Positions 19,027 to 27,814 of a stretch of DNA of 64,000 bases are shown piece after piece. A program made the position numbers and the translations under genes. Each line of letters starts with the position of its first letter. The stretch's first letter is position 1. This DNA comes from Candidatus Azambacteria bacterium (GTDB lineage Bacteria > Patescibacteriota > Minisyncoccia > GWC2-36-17 > WO2-46-25). Under the pieces are notes generated by a model. The model was not told where the DNA came from, ran no database searches, and saw nothing but the letters and a program-made list of their open reading frames with translations. The stretch covers positions 3,544 through 67,543 of the forward strand of contig JACQDT010000001.1 in NCBI GenBank assembly GCA_016200965.1. The letters are read 5' to 3'.

Positions 19027-20171
19027 GAAGAAAGGTATTCCAATATGCAATCGTCAAAAACCGTTTCGCGGCGTTCTCTTTTATCATCTGCTACAATGCG
19101 TACGCGTACATTGCCGTCATACGACGACTGCTCCGCTCTCTGCGTTCGCGGGTTGCGTTCAAGGGGCAGTCCGGCAAGCCATGTTTCGTCGCGAAGCGCG
19201 TCGTATGCCTCCGGAGCATATTCCGACGCCACTACCCACACGTTGCCCGGCAATAAATTCGTTTTGTCTATCTGTGAAATCGCCGTAACCACTCCTTGCG
19301 CTATGTTGCGCGCCGCCGCAACGATCGTTTCTTTTATTTTTTCCGCTATCCAGGCATTAAGCGCGCCGCCTCGAAACGCATCAAGCATGCTCCGCGCTTC
19401 TTCTTTACCCACTGCGTGCGCCCGTGCCAGTTCTTCAATAAGTATACCATAACCGGCGCGAACAACGCCAATCCCCGCAATTTTTTTTGCGCGCACAACA
19501 ATAATATCGGTTTCATTTTCAAAAATTGCGGCCAATATCGCGCTGTCATTTCCCGTGAAAACCGTTTTCCATTCCGCTAAAGCACAGCGCACGTCCGTCA
19601 TTCCCGCGCATCGCATGCCTAAAGCGGAAGCGAATTCATCAAAAGCGCGTACCAGCGACTTTCCACACGCGATGCTCACTATATCCGCGGTTACTTCTTT
19701 TCCATTTAAACCAACCGCGTCGGGAACCGCAAAACCGTCTACCCAAAAACGCTGGGGGATATTGCGGAATTCGGACGCGGACGCTTCGTTTTCCTTTCCG
19801 TACCATTTTGAAGTGACCGCCTCCACTTCTTCTTTGGTTATTTTCTTTTCCTTATCCTGGCGTATTCCCTTCGCCTGCGCGAATGAAAACATCCCCGTGC
19901 CCCCCGAAAGCGCGACGATAAAATCTTTCGCCCCACTTTTTGATTCCTTGGAAAGCGCCTGCAGGGCCTTTTCGCAATTGAGTATTATTTTTTCTGCGGC
20001 AAAATCCCCTTCGGACACCTCGCTCTCCTGTTTTTCGCTCCCGCGCTCCACTACCACCACCCGGTCGCCTTCCTTTTTCACCACCATGGCGACAATGTTG
20101 TCCGTATACACGACAAACACCACCGCCCGTGAGTAGTCCTTAAAAAAATCTCCTTTCACAAGAAATGACAT
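19023..20171 (-). CDS. hypothetical protein, possibly actin-like ATPase fold (FtsA/PilM-like); carries one 42-bp repeat insertion
   Basis: N-terminal VVFVVYTDNIVAMVV and IVALSGGTG segments resemble ASKHA-fold proteins. A 14-aa NPRTQRAEQSSYDG insert sits near the C-terminus. Confidence 0.35.
   Translation of the reverse strand: MSFLVKGDFFKDYSRAVVFVVYTDNIVAMVVKKEGDRVVVVERGSEKQESEVSEGDFAAEKIILNCEKALQALSKESKSGAKDFIVALSGGTGMFSFAQAKGIRQDKEKKITKEEVEAVTSKWYGKENEASASEFRNIPQRFWVDGFAVPDAVGLNGKEVTADIVSIACGKSLVRAFDEFASALGMRCAGMTDVRCALAEWKTVFTGNDSAILAAIFENETDIIVVRAKKIAGIGVVRAGYGILIEELARAHAVGKEEARSMLDAFRGGALNAWIAEKIKETIVAAARNIAQGVVTAISQIDKTNLLPGNVWVVASEYAPEAYDALRDETWLAGLPLERNPRTQRAEQSSYDGNVRVRIVADDKRERRETVFDDCILEYLSS
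19116..19157 (+). repeat. 42-bp intragenic repeat unit, copy 1
   Basis: gtcatacgacgactgctccgctctctgcgttcgcgggttgc, in frame within the 19023..20171 ORF. Confidence 0.9.
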
Positions 20172-20239
20172 GATATCAGTATATCACGAGGAATAAAAAA
20201 GACGCCATAGAAAACCATAATGGTGCATAAAAACAATAA

Positions 20240-20275
20240 TTTGTCATTTTACCCCGATCGGGGTAAAATGACAAA
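20240..20275. repeat. 36-bp perfect palindrome tttgtcattttaccccgatcggggtaaaatgacaaa
   Basis: Exact self-complementary sequence in an intergenic region. Could be a terminator or an operator. Confidence 0.6.
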
Positions 20276-20332
20276 ATTGTAATACACGAAAAAAAACGAA
20301 AAATAACCAAAAAGAAATAACCGGAAAAATGA

Positions 20333-20363
20333 AAAGCCGGTTACTCGTTCGAGCAACCGGCTT
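20333..20363 (-). terminator. rho-independent terminator downstream of the 20396..21793 gene
   Basis: On the minus strand, the stem aagccggttgctcgaacgagtaaccggctt is followed by a T-rich run. Confidence 0.5.
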
Positions 20364-20395
20364 TCACCATTCAATTCAGCGGTTTGACCGCCACA

Positions 20396-21793
20396 TCACT
20401 TTTTAGGAGGAGCGGGAACCGCCTCCGGCGGTTTGTTGATGTGCAACGTAAAGTGCGGAAAAACAGAACGCGCTTCGGCGTCAAGAAAAAAACGGAGAGC
20501 GTCTTCAAGCGCAACGCGCTGTTTTGCCACCAGATCCGCATCAAAAAGCAGATCGGCGGTGCTGTGCTTGACGTTCAGCTTGCCGTTAAGCTGGCCAAAA
20601 CGCTCGTTCAGCTTCGGGCCCAGCGCGGCATCAAGGGCTTTATCAATCCCCCGATCAAGCTGTTCTTTATCTTTCCACGCCTGCCACACGGAGATGAAAT
20701 CCTCCTTTTTTTTCATCATCCGATAATCCACCGTGACGGGCAGTGCAATTCTCCGCGCTCCGTCAATGAACGTGAACGTTTTTGGAAAAGAACCGTCAAC
20801 AGGCACGCCCGGCACGACCCGATACCGGAAGTGATTGATAGTGTTTTTCTCCCAGGTGAGAAAGTGGTCGCCTATTTTAAGCGGCAAGCGGGCCACAAAC
20901 TCCCCCGACTTCCGGTCAACAAGCACCGCATGGTCTTCTACGGGATTCTTTTCGTAGACACTTAAAGGAATCCAGAACGAAAGCGAAGCATACAGCACCA
21001 TCACTGCAATCACGCAAGCGCTTGTCCGCCAATAAAGGTTCCTCCTGCTATTTGCCCGCAAGCCAAACATGAGGAAGCACGCGACCACCACAGAAGCAAG
21101 AGTGGAAAGAAACAAACCGATCGCGCCCGAGATTCGCCAGTTGAAAATCCAATACCAGACGATCTCGGCAAGGCATCCGATGAGCAGAGTGAAATCGCGC
21201 GCCGTTTCAATCCTGTTTTGGTTTCTTTGTATCCACGGAGCAAGAAACCGAAGCATCCTTGATCCTTGACGCCAGAACGCGCCGACTGCCCGGCCTATTG
21301 CTCCCCCTATCTGGCTCACCGCTCTCCGCATTGATTTTTGCGCTTCCTTTGCCCAGCTTGTCGCTTCGTTGAACTCTCGTTCAACCTGCACAATACTGCA
21401 TGCGTTTCCCGAAAGCAGAAGCGACATCACCGGCCACAGCTTTGTTTGAAGCGGTTTCTGGGCATAGCCGTCAATGCGAAAGCTCTCTTTACAATACTCG
21501 GACTCGCCGGAAGCCAAATGATAGAGCGTCACGCCGAGCCGCCGGAACGATTCCCGCAAATCGGGGACCCCGTTTTTTGCCTCAAAGCGGATCTTCCTTC
21601 CGCGATGAATCTCAATGCGGTTCGGCGGAAACGATACGTATTCCCCCTTCTGGGCACCTTTGGCGCATTCATTCAGAAGAACCTTTGCTACGGCAATCAG
21701 CTCTTTCTCGTCCATCACGAGTTGTTTCCTCTGTTCGGCCATTGTGTAACCCCCTTTCCTTTGAGTGTAGTGCATGAAATTCTCAACGTGCAT
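20396..21793 (-). CDS. membrane protein with C-terminal SPFH/band-7-like region (hypothetical)
   Basis: Central TM segments. C-terminal VTVDYRMMKKKEDFISVW region with a charged coiled-coil tail, reminiscent of SPFH proteins. Confidence 0.35.
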   Translation of the reverse strand: MHVENFMHYTQRKGGYTMAEQRKQLVMDEKELIAVAKVLLNECAKGAQKGEYVSFPPNRIEIHRGRKIRFEAKNGVPDLRESFRRLGVTLYHLASGESEYCKESFRIDGYAQKPLQTKLWPVMSLLLSGNACSIVQVEREFNEATSWAKEAQKSMRRAVSQIGGAIGRAVGAFWRQGSRMLRFLAPWIQRNQNRIETARDFTLLIGCLAEIVWYWIFNWRISGAIGLFLSTLASVVVACFLMFGLRANSRRNLYWRTSACVIAVMVLYASLSFWIPLSVYEKNPVEDHAVLVDRKSGEFVARLPLKIGDHFLTWEKNTINHFRYRVVPGVPVDGSFPKTFTFIDGARRIALPVTVDYRMMKKKEDFISVWQAWKDKEQLDRGIDKALDAALGPKLNERFGQLNGKLNVKHSTADLLFDADLVAKQRVALEDALRFFLDAEARSVFPHFTLHINKPPEAVPAPPKK

Positions 21794-21805
21794 TCCTTCT
21801 CGCTC

Positions 21806-21915
21806 CGTCTGTCCCTTCCGAGATCGGATCTCGGAAAACGACAGGCGGACTGAAAAGGAGACAGCGGAGCGAGGGGCGTTTAGCCGGACGCTCCGCTGTC
21901 CCAGATGTTAGGCGT
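21806..21915 (-). terminator. nested hairpins downstream of the AAA+ operon (probable terminator)
   Basis: Inverted repeats ctcgctccgtctgtc / gacagcggagcgag and the palindrome ccgagatcggatctcgg, followed on the minus strand by a T-rich tract. Confidence 0.4.
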
Positions 21916-21922
21916 GTGTTAC

Positions 21923-24346
21923 TTACGCCTCGTGCTTTGGTGTTTTATGCGCAAACTGCAAGTCGGGAAAGACCGCCGGCTGATTGGGAACGCTCCCCCT
22001 CAACCGCGTCTCTGCGGCAGAAAGAATATCCCGCCAGTGCGGGGGCCGCAATCGCTTTGAGCTCCCCTTGATGGCAAGAATGATCTGCCGGTCAATCTCC
22101 GCATGGCTGTTTCCTTCCCAATCGTCAAGCGCCTGCAAAAGGTGGGCTTTTTTGACTTGTTCGGCGCCTTCCCGGCCGGCGTATTTATCGGCCTCAAGCA
22201 CCATCCACTCAATGTCCGCGCCCGTACAGTATACTTTCTCCGCCGCACTTTTGGCATACGGCGAGAAGTCGGCAATGTCGGTCGGTATCTCGTACCGCTT
22301 AAACATCACCTCAAAGATGCTCCGCAACTCTTCTTCCGAAGGGAGCACGAACGGAATGTTGTCGTCCGTACGGCCTTTGCGTTTGTAGGCGGCGTCAATG
22401 AGGTCGTCGCGGTTTGATATCCGCACCCAGACGACTTTCCCTCTGCGCTTGGGGTCCGAGCAGAATTGAAATTTCATCTGCCGCAGACGGTTGGAAACCC
22501 CGGAATCGCCGTTGGGTACGTCGCGCGGACTTTCGGACTGATCCGCTTCATCCTCCACGACAATCACCGGCGCAAGATCGTCCAGCGCGGCAAGCATTGC
22601 CGCCATGGTCCGTTCCGACTCCCCCACCCACATGGTGCGCGGGTTTGCAATCTCCACGAAATTGAACCCGCACTCATAGGCCCAACACTCAAAGAGAAAG
22701 GTCTTGCCTGTCCCCGGAGGCCCCGCGGCAAGCATTCCCATCGGCACGCGGCGCGTCATTCCTTTGAGCAGGTAATCGCGTACTTCGTGTAAATACGCTT
22801 TCACATTCTCTTTGCCGCCGAAATACCGAAAGCCGAACTGGGGCGTCTTTACCTTGATCCGCTCGCCGAATTCCGCTTCAAGCGCTTCCTGTTTGCGTCT
22901 TTTGACAAGCGAGAGGTCAAGCGTGGTGTTGCGCGCTTTTGCAAGCGCGTACACCCCGTCAATCTGGCGCAACGATAAGCCGCCGGTGATTCTCCCAAGC
23001 GACTCTGCGTCAAGCCCCTGATCAAGCGATACCCCGTTGCCCTCAATCAGCGTGTGCCAGCGCAGGGTGCGCTCCGTATCTTTTGGTTTGGAAATCCGAA
23101 TGGCAACGGCGCCCGACTGTGCCGAGCGTATGCTTTCGGCCACATCGGCAAGGTGAGGAGTCACTAAGATCACAGTGTTCCCGGCCTCCTTGATTCTCTT
23201 ATCCCGCGCCCATCGCTCAAGCGTTTCAATCTGCGCGCGCTCTCCCGCGGCAAGTCCGCTTGAGAACGCAGGCGCGATGTTGTGCGCAAAATCAATCACC
23301 AGCGCTTTTTTCAAACTGCCGTCCTTTCCGGTATCATCGGTCAATACCTGTTCCAGTAAAGGGAGCATCTTGTCCGGCGTTTTGCCGCCGGTAAGCTGGT
23401 CAAGCGGCGCAGTCATCATTGACTGTTGAAATCCTTGCGCCGCCTTCTGGACCGCGCTTGTTTGTGCTGTTTGAGAAGCGGCGGCAGGAACTCCGGCGCC
23501 GCAATACTGTTGGCGGAACTGTTTTTCCTTTTCCGCGTCGGCAAACTGCACGCCCGCGGAGATGGAATAAAACAACACCATTCTCTGCTCAAACACCTCG
23601 GCGAGGTATTGATACAAAGAAAGATGCGTTCCTTTCTGGCTCCTCTGGAGGTCGTACACGTTCCCCCACAGAATGAACAGATGGGCAACGCCTGCCTGAT
23701 ATCGCAGGACAAGCTCTTTGAGCCACTCCGGCATCTCGTCGTTCACGGCTATCACCTCCTCCTTTGTTGAAGCGATTGGTTTTTCCGGCTCTTGCGAGAT
23801 CGCGGACGCCTCTGGGTTAACCCCTGCGGTCTGAACCCCTCCTATGAGCTCAAGATCATCCATAGCGCACCACCATCGGGCATTGGACTCGGTCTTACAG
23901 CTTTGCGGATACCATGGTTTTGCCCACGTATTTGCACCACTGGTACCGTCACCGTCGTGACCATCTCTGAAATCCTCAAACTCCGCAAGAAAAATCTGCG
24001 AAGTTAGAGTGTCTGATGGATTTAACACCACAACCGTTCCTGTCTTGCCTTTTGGTTCGCTCGCGACAGCTCTCACTCGGTCGCCCACTTTGAACTTCAA
24101 GCCGGGCCGCTCAAGAAGAATGAGGTTGTCGGAGTTGGTAGCGTGCAGAGAATTTGATTTTCCAATCACCGTTCCCCACAGTTTGTTGTTTTCAAACCCC
24201 TCCACGCGCACCCGTTCTGCATGCCATCGACTAGAAGAGGGATTCTGTTGATCATCAGTAATCACATCACCCGATCTGAACCCCCACAGCTCGCCTTCTG
24301 TTTCAACTACATATTCACCGTCAGTGGCAACAATTTTTTTCTTCAT
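21923..24346 (-). CDS. large AAA+ ATPase: unknown N-terminal domains plus a classic-clade AAA module
   Basis: Walker A GPPGTGKT, Walker B IVVEDEAD, and sensor SNRDDLIDAAYKRKGRTD. A degenerate AAA-like segment lies upstream. AGGAGG SD; start overlaps the preceding ORF (ATGA). Confidence 0.7.
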   Translation of the reverse strand: MKKKIVATDGEYVVETEGELWGFRSGDVITDDQQNPSSSRWHAERVRVEGFENNKLWGTVIGKSNSLHATNSDNLILLERPGLKFKVGDRVRAVASEPKGKTGTVVVLNPSDTLTSQIFLAEFEDFRDGHDGDGTSGANTWAKPWYPQSCKTESNARWWCAMDDLELIGGVQTAGVNPEASAISQEPEKPIASTKEEVIAVNDEMPEWLKELVLRYQAGVAHLFILWGNVYDLQRSQKGTHLSLYQYLAEVFEQRMVLFYSISAGVQFADAEKEKQFRQQYCGAGVPAAASQTAQTSAVQKAAQGFQQSMMTAPLDQLTGGKTPDKMLPLLEQVLTDDTGKDGSLKKALVIDFAHNIAPAFSSGLAAGERAQIETLERWARDKRIKEAGNTVILVTPHLADVAESIRSAQSGAVAIRISKPKDTERTLRWHTLIEGNGVSLDQGLDAESLGRITGGLSLRQIDGVYALAKARNTTLDLSLVKRRKQEALEAEFGERIKVKTPQFGFRYFGGKENVKAYLHEVRDYLLKGMTRRVPMGMLAAGPPGTGKTFLFECWAYECGFNFVEIANPRTMWVGESERTMAAMLAALDDLAPVIVVEDEADQSESPRDVPNGDSGVSNRLRQMKFQFCSDPKRRGKVVWVRISNRDDLIDAAYKRKGRTDDNIPFVLPSEEELRSIFEVMFKRYEIPTDIADFSPYAKSAAEKVYCTGADIEWMVLEADKYAGREGAEQVKKAHLLQALDDWEGNSHAEIDRQIILAIKGSSKRLRPPHWRDILSAAETRLRGSVPNQPAVFPDLQFAHKTPKHEA

Positions 24347-24645
24347 TTATCTTCCTCCTTTGCTGTGTGCTGGCGGTGGGCAATGGGAGAGCAATGGTAG
24401 CACTCATGTTCCTGCTTCATCTCTTTATCCCATCCGCCTTCTCCCTTTTTCACCGCGCCTGCGCCAAGCGCTCCTAAAAGAAGCGCCATGATCATGTGGT
24501 CGTCGCTTTTTTCATCCGGCGAGTCGTTGACTACGGTCACCTCACCGCCAAACACCACAAGACCCACATATTTAGGCGCGGTGCTTTTCTCTTTCCGCAT
24601 GGCTTTGAACTTCCGCTTCGCTTTTGCTATCGCTCTGCTGGACAT
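24343..24645 (-). CDS. hypothetical small protein (operon member, translationally coupled to the AAA+ gene)
   Basis: Its stop overlaps the AAA+ start. A GGGGGTGAG SD-like sequence precedes the start. Overlaps the preceding 68-aa ORF by 74 nt, so the true start is uncertain. Confidence 0.3.
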   Translation of the reverse strand: MSSRAIAKAKRKFKAMRKEKSTAPKYVGLVVFGGEVTVVNDSPDEKSDDHMIMALLLGALGAGAVKKGEGGWDKEMKQEHECYHCSPIAHRQHTAKEEDK

Positions 24646-24778
24646 CGGTTCTCACCCCCATTTTCGCCAAAAGCAACCGGATGACTTCTTCTTCATCCGA
24701 ACAGGTATCCCCCGGAAAGCCCTCAAAAAAGTCAACCGAGAGCTTTCCCTTCTCAACGCTCACCACTATTTTTCTCAT
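24572..24778 (-). CDS. small protein with DUF2997-like pattern (M-KIVV-V-G-V-FEGF-G-C)
   Basis: The pattern MRKIVVSVEKGKLSVDFFEGFPGDTCSDEEEVIRLLLAKMG resembles that family from memory. Start overlaps the stop of the upstream ORF. Confidence 0.3.
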   Translation of the reverse strand: MRKIVVSVEKGKLSVDFFEGFPGDTCSDEEEVIRLLLAKMGVRTDVQQSDSKSEAEVQSHAEREKHRA

Positions 24779-25302
24779 TGGGCCACCCCCACTATGTTCA
24801 CCACCTGCTTTTTTTCGCCGGTTTCCGGATCGTCAACCACGCTCGTATGCGTGTCTACTTTGTAGCCGATGATGGAAAGAATCGTTTTTGCGGTCTCCTG
24901 CAGGAATACATCCTGAAACAGCCCTTGCAGACGCTTGATCTCCGCTTGCCACCCCGAACGATACTCGTCGGCGATGAATTTCACCGTGCCCTTTGCATCA
25001 ACCGCAATACCCATGCCGTTTGGAAGCGCATCGGTTTTTATCGCGCCGATGATGTCCAAGCCCTCATGGCTTTTGTACTGGGTCTTGCCGTAATAGTCGG
25101 TGATGGTCTTGTCCATCCGTATCCCGCCATCGGCTTTGAGCTTCTCAATCGCGTTTTGGACGCACTCCTTGATGATGGGAACAGTGTCCATGTCTTTGAT
25201 CCACTTGGCAAGCGCGGGATTGCGTCCGGCCAGTTTTTCGAGCATATCACTCAAGATATGCGGCACCACCAGTTGAGTCGTCAATACCACTACTTTGCAC
25301 AT
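24775..25302 (-). CDS. hypothetical protein, first gene of the AAA+ operon (DUF1257-like N-terminus?)
   Basis: Perfect AGGAGG SD 5 nt upstream of the MCKVVVLTTQ start. Confidence 0.4.
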   Translation of the reverse strand: MCKVVVLTTQLVVPHILSDMLEKLAGRNPALAKWIKDMDTVPIIKECVQNAIEKLKADGGIRMDKTITDYYGKTQYKSHEGLDIIGAIKTDALPNGMGIAVDAKGTVKFIADEYRSGWQAEIKRLQGLFQDVFLQETAKTILSIIGYKVDTHTSVVDDPETGEKKQVVNIVGVAQ

Positions 25303-25477
25303 GAGTGCCTCCTTCTGTGTGTGTTGCGTTGGTTTTTGGCTTAGATGAGCCCTTTTTTTCTGGTCATAAAACACCAATTTTCAAGGAACTATCCCCAATT
25401 TTTCTCCTTTTTCTATTCGTTCACAGCGTCTCAATCCTTGTGAGAATATATATCACATTGGCCATTATCTGTCAACC

Positions 25478-25586
25478 CCGTTAGAAGCTTTAAAATTGTT
25501 CATTGAATAACTTGAGAGTAAGCCGTTAAGGCGGCTTCGCCTTACATTGAATCTTAAAAATTGCTTTTCTATGAGCTTCTAACTGG
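25478..25586. repeat. imperfect long inverted repeat with central hairpin aaggcggcttcgcctt, spanning the alaS 3' end
   Basis: ttagaagct at 25481-25489 pairs with agcttctaa at 25575-25583. Internal ttaaaattg / caatttttaa pairing and a central GC hairpin. Confidence 0.4.
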
Positions 25587-27458
25587 GTCAACCGTCGCGC
25601 GGATGCGGCGGACGCCTGCGGAAGACGCTTCTTCTTTAAGAATCTTAAATGTACCGACTTCTTTTGTGTTGGAAACATGCGGGCCGCCGCAGAGTTCTTT
25701 TGAAAAATCTCCCGCGGAGTACACTTTTACCGTTTTCCCGTATTTTTCCTTTTGGAACATAAGCGCGCCGACTTTTTCGGCTTCATCTATCGGCATTTCT
25801 CTGCACACCATCGGCAGTTCTTTTTGTATCTGTTCATTTACGATATCTTCCGTTTTTTTCTTCTCTTCGTCCGTCATTTTCTGCGGATGAGAGAAGTCAA
25901 ACCGCAAACGCTCCGCCGTGATGTCGGACCCTTTCTGATGCACGTGGTCACCCAGCACCTTGCGCAGCGCCGCCTGCAGAAGATGCGTCGCCGTATGCAG
26001 GCGCGTGACCTTCTTTAATTCTTCCTCATCGGCCGCCTTCAACTCTCCCGTCTGCAACATCAACCCATGCCTGCCGAACTTTTTTTCTGAACCTACGCGA
26101 GAAATCTCTTGATGTTTTTTGTATTCTTCCTGAAATTCCTGTTCATTTATGATATTTCCTTTTTCTTTTGCGAGATCCTGAAGAATCTCAAAAGGAAAAC
26201 CTTGACTTTGGTATAAATAAAATGCTTCTTTCCCGGAGATCTCCCATCGTCCCTCAAACTCCTTAAGACCTTTTTCTAAAACAACATTAAAACTATCAAA
26301 TTCTGATTTAAGTTCTGCTATAATAATTGATTGGTGTCTATTAAGCTCTGAATAATAGTTGCCGTAATAATGAATAAGATTGGAAACAAAATTATTAAGT
26401 TGTTTTTGAGAGATGGACAATTTTTTCATGTGTACCCCCAACCTTCTTATTAAACGCCGCAATATATAACCTGCGTCTTTATTAGAGGGCTTTATTCCTG
26501 CGGCAAGTAAAAACACGGATGCCCTGAGATGGTCGGCAATAATACGTCCGCTCCGCGTAGTTAACACTACTGAATCGGACTCAAATACAGGTTCTGGAGT
26601 TAATTGAGAAAAGGATCTCAATACAGAGGATTCAAGAGGCACTCCCGGAAAAGATGTTTTAAACACATCCGTATCAAACACCGTTGCAACGCCTTGCAAG
26701 ACCATCGCGATGCGCTCAAGCCCCATGCCGGTATCTACGTTTTTCTGCGCAAGCGGCGTATACGCATAGCCACCCTTACCATCTGGTTTCTTCTCGTATT
26801 CCATGAACACGTTGTTCCAAATCTCCACAAATCGCCCGCACTCGCAGTTCACATGGCATTGCTTGCCAAATGCCGTATCGTGTTCTTTCCCCGTGTCATA
26901 AAAAATCTCCGTGTCTGGCCCGCACGGTCCCGCTCCGGCAAGCTCCCACCAGTTCTTTTTTTTCGGATAGGTTGCAATGCGTCCGTTCGCCACGCTTGCC
27001 TCCATGCCCGCGCTTTTAAACGCACGCACCCAATGCCCGATGGATTCATCGTCGCGTGGAATATCCATTCCCTTATCCTCAAACACCGTCACATAGAGTT
27101 TTTTAGGATCAATGCCAAACCATTTTTTTGAAGTCAAAAGTTCAAAACTCCACTCAATCGCCTCTTTTTTGAAATAATCCCCGAGCGACCAATTACCGAG
27201 CATTTCAAAAAAAGTGAGGTGACGGTTGTCGCCTACTTCCAAAATATCGTCCGTGCGGAGGCATTTTTGGGAATCGGCAAGCCGCGTGCCTTGCGAGTGC
27301 TTTTTTTCCCCCATCAGATACGGCACGAGCGGCTGCATGCCGGCAGTCACGAACAGCACCGTTTTATCGTCGGGAATAAGCGACGCCGAAGGAATGATCG
27401 CGTGCCCCTTTTCCCTGAAAAAATCCAGAAATTTCTGCCTGACTTCGTTCAATGTCAT
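25569..27458 (-). CDS. alaS: alanine--tRNA ligase, short form lacking the C-terminal C-Ala/DHHA1 domain
   Basis: N-terminal catalytic-domain motifs (FLDFFREKGH, FVTAGMQPL, FEMLGNWSLGDY) and the editing-domain HTATHLL ... GGPHVSNT motif. Start placed at MTLNEVRQKF. Confidence 0.85.
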   Translation of the reverse strand: MTLNEVRQKFLDFFREKGHAIIPSASLIPDDKTVLFVTAGMQPLVPYLMGEKKHSQGTRLADSQKCLRTDDILEVGDNRHLTFFEMLGNWSLGDYFKKEAIEWSFELLTSKKWFGIDPKKLYVTVFEDKGMDIPRDDESIGHWVRAFKSAGMEASVANGRIATYPKKKNWWELAGAGPCGPDTEIFYDTGKEHDTAFGKQCHVNCECGRFVEIWNNVFMEYEKKPDGKGGYAYTPLAQKNVDTGMGLERIAMVLQGVATVFDTDVFKTSFPGVPLESSVLRSFSQLTPEPVFESDSVVLTTRSGRIIADHLRASVFLLAAGIKPSNKDAGYILRRLIRRLGVHMKKLSISQKQLNNFVSNLIHYYGNYYSELNRHQSIIIAELKSEFDSFNVVLEKGLKEFEGRWEISGKEAFYLYQSQGFPFEILQDLAKEKGNIINEQEFQEEYKKHQEISRVGSEKKFGRHGLMLQTGELKAADEEELKKVTRLHTATHLLQAALRKVLGDHVHQKGSDITAERLRFDFSHPQKMTDEEKKKTEDIVNEQIQKELPMVCREMPIDEAEKVGALMFQKEKYGKTVKVYSAGDFSKELCGGPHVSNTKEVGTFKILKEEASSAGVRRIRATVDPVRSS

Positions 27459-27550
27459 TTCTCTATAGTAGTAAACTCTGTGCGTTATTGCAATGAAAAA
27501 ACCGCCGCAACACATGTTCTGTTGCGGCGATTTTTCATTGTGACCGCCTC

Positions 27551-27799
27551 TTAAAAGTGCAGCCTCCAATTCGAGAGGTGAATCACCTTACATGATTTGC
27601 ATGAAGCGATTGCCTCGCGAATGCGCTGGAGCTCCTTTTCATCCTCCGCCAGTATGCCGACCTGCGGCACCCCGTAATCCCTTTCAAGCTTTGCAAGTGT
27701 CGCACAATCCTGTTCGGTGATACATACATGCCGCTGCTCCTGCTGGGCCTGGCTTGCCATGATTACCACCCCCCTTCCTGATTGTTTCAGTTGTACCAC
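27551..27799 (-). CDS. hypothetical small protein
   Basis: 82-aa ORF between mnmA and alaS on the same strand. No recognisable motif. Confidence 0.25.
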   Translation of the reverse strand: MVQLKQSGRGVVIMASQAQQEQRHVCITEQDCATLAKLERDYGVPQVGILAEDEKELQRIREAIASCKSCKVIHLSNWRLHF

Positions 27800-27814
27800 C
27801 TACAGCCATAATTA

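Noticed and set aside
26280-26420. AT-rich segment inside alaS as a possible inserted mobile element
   Set aside because: It is in frame, has no flanking repeats, and encodes a plausible helical linker region of AlaRS. It is treated as part of the gene.
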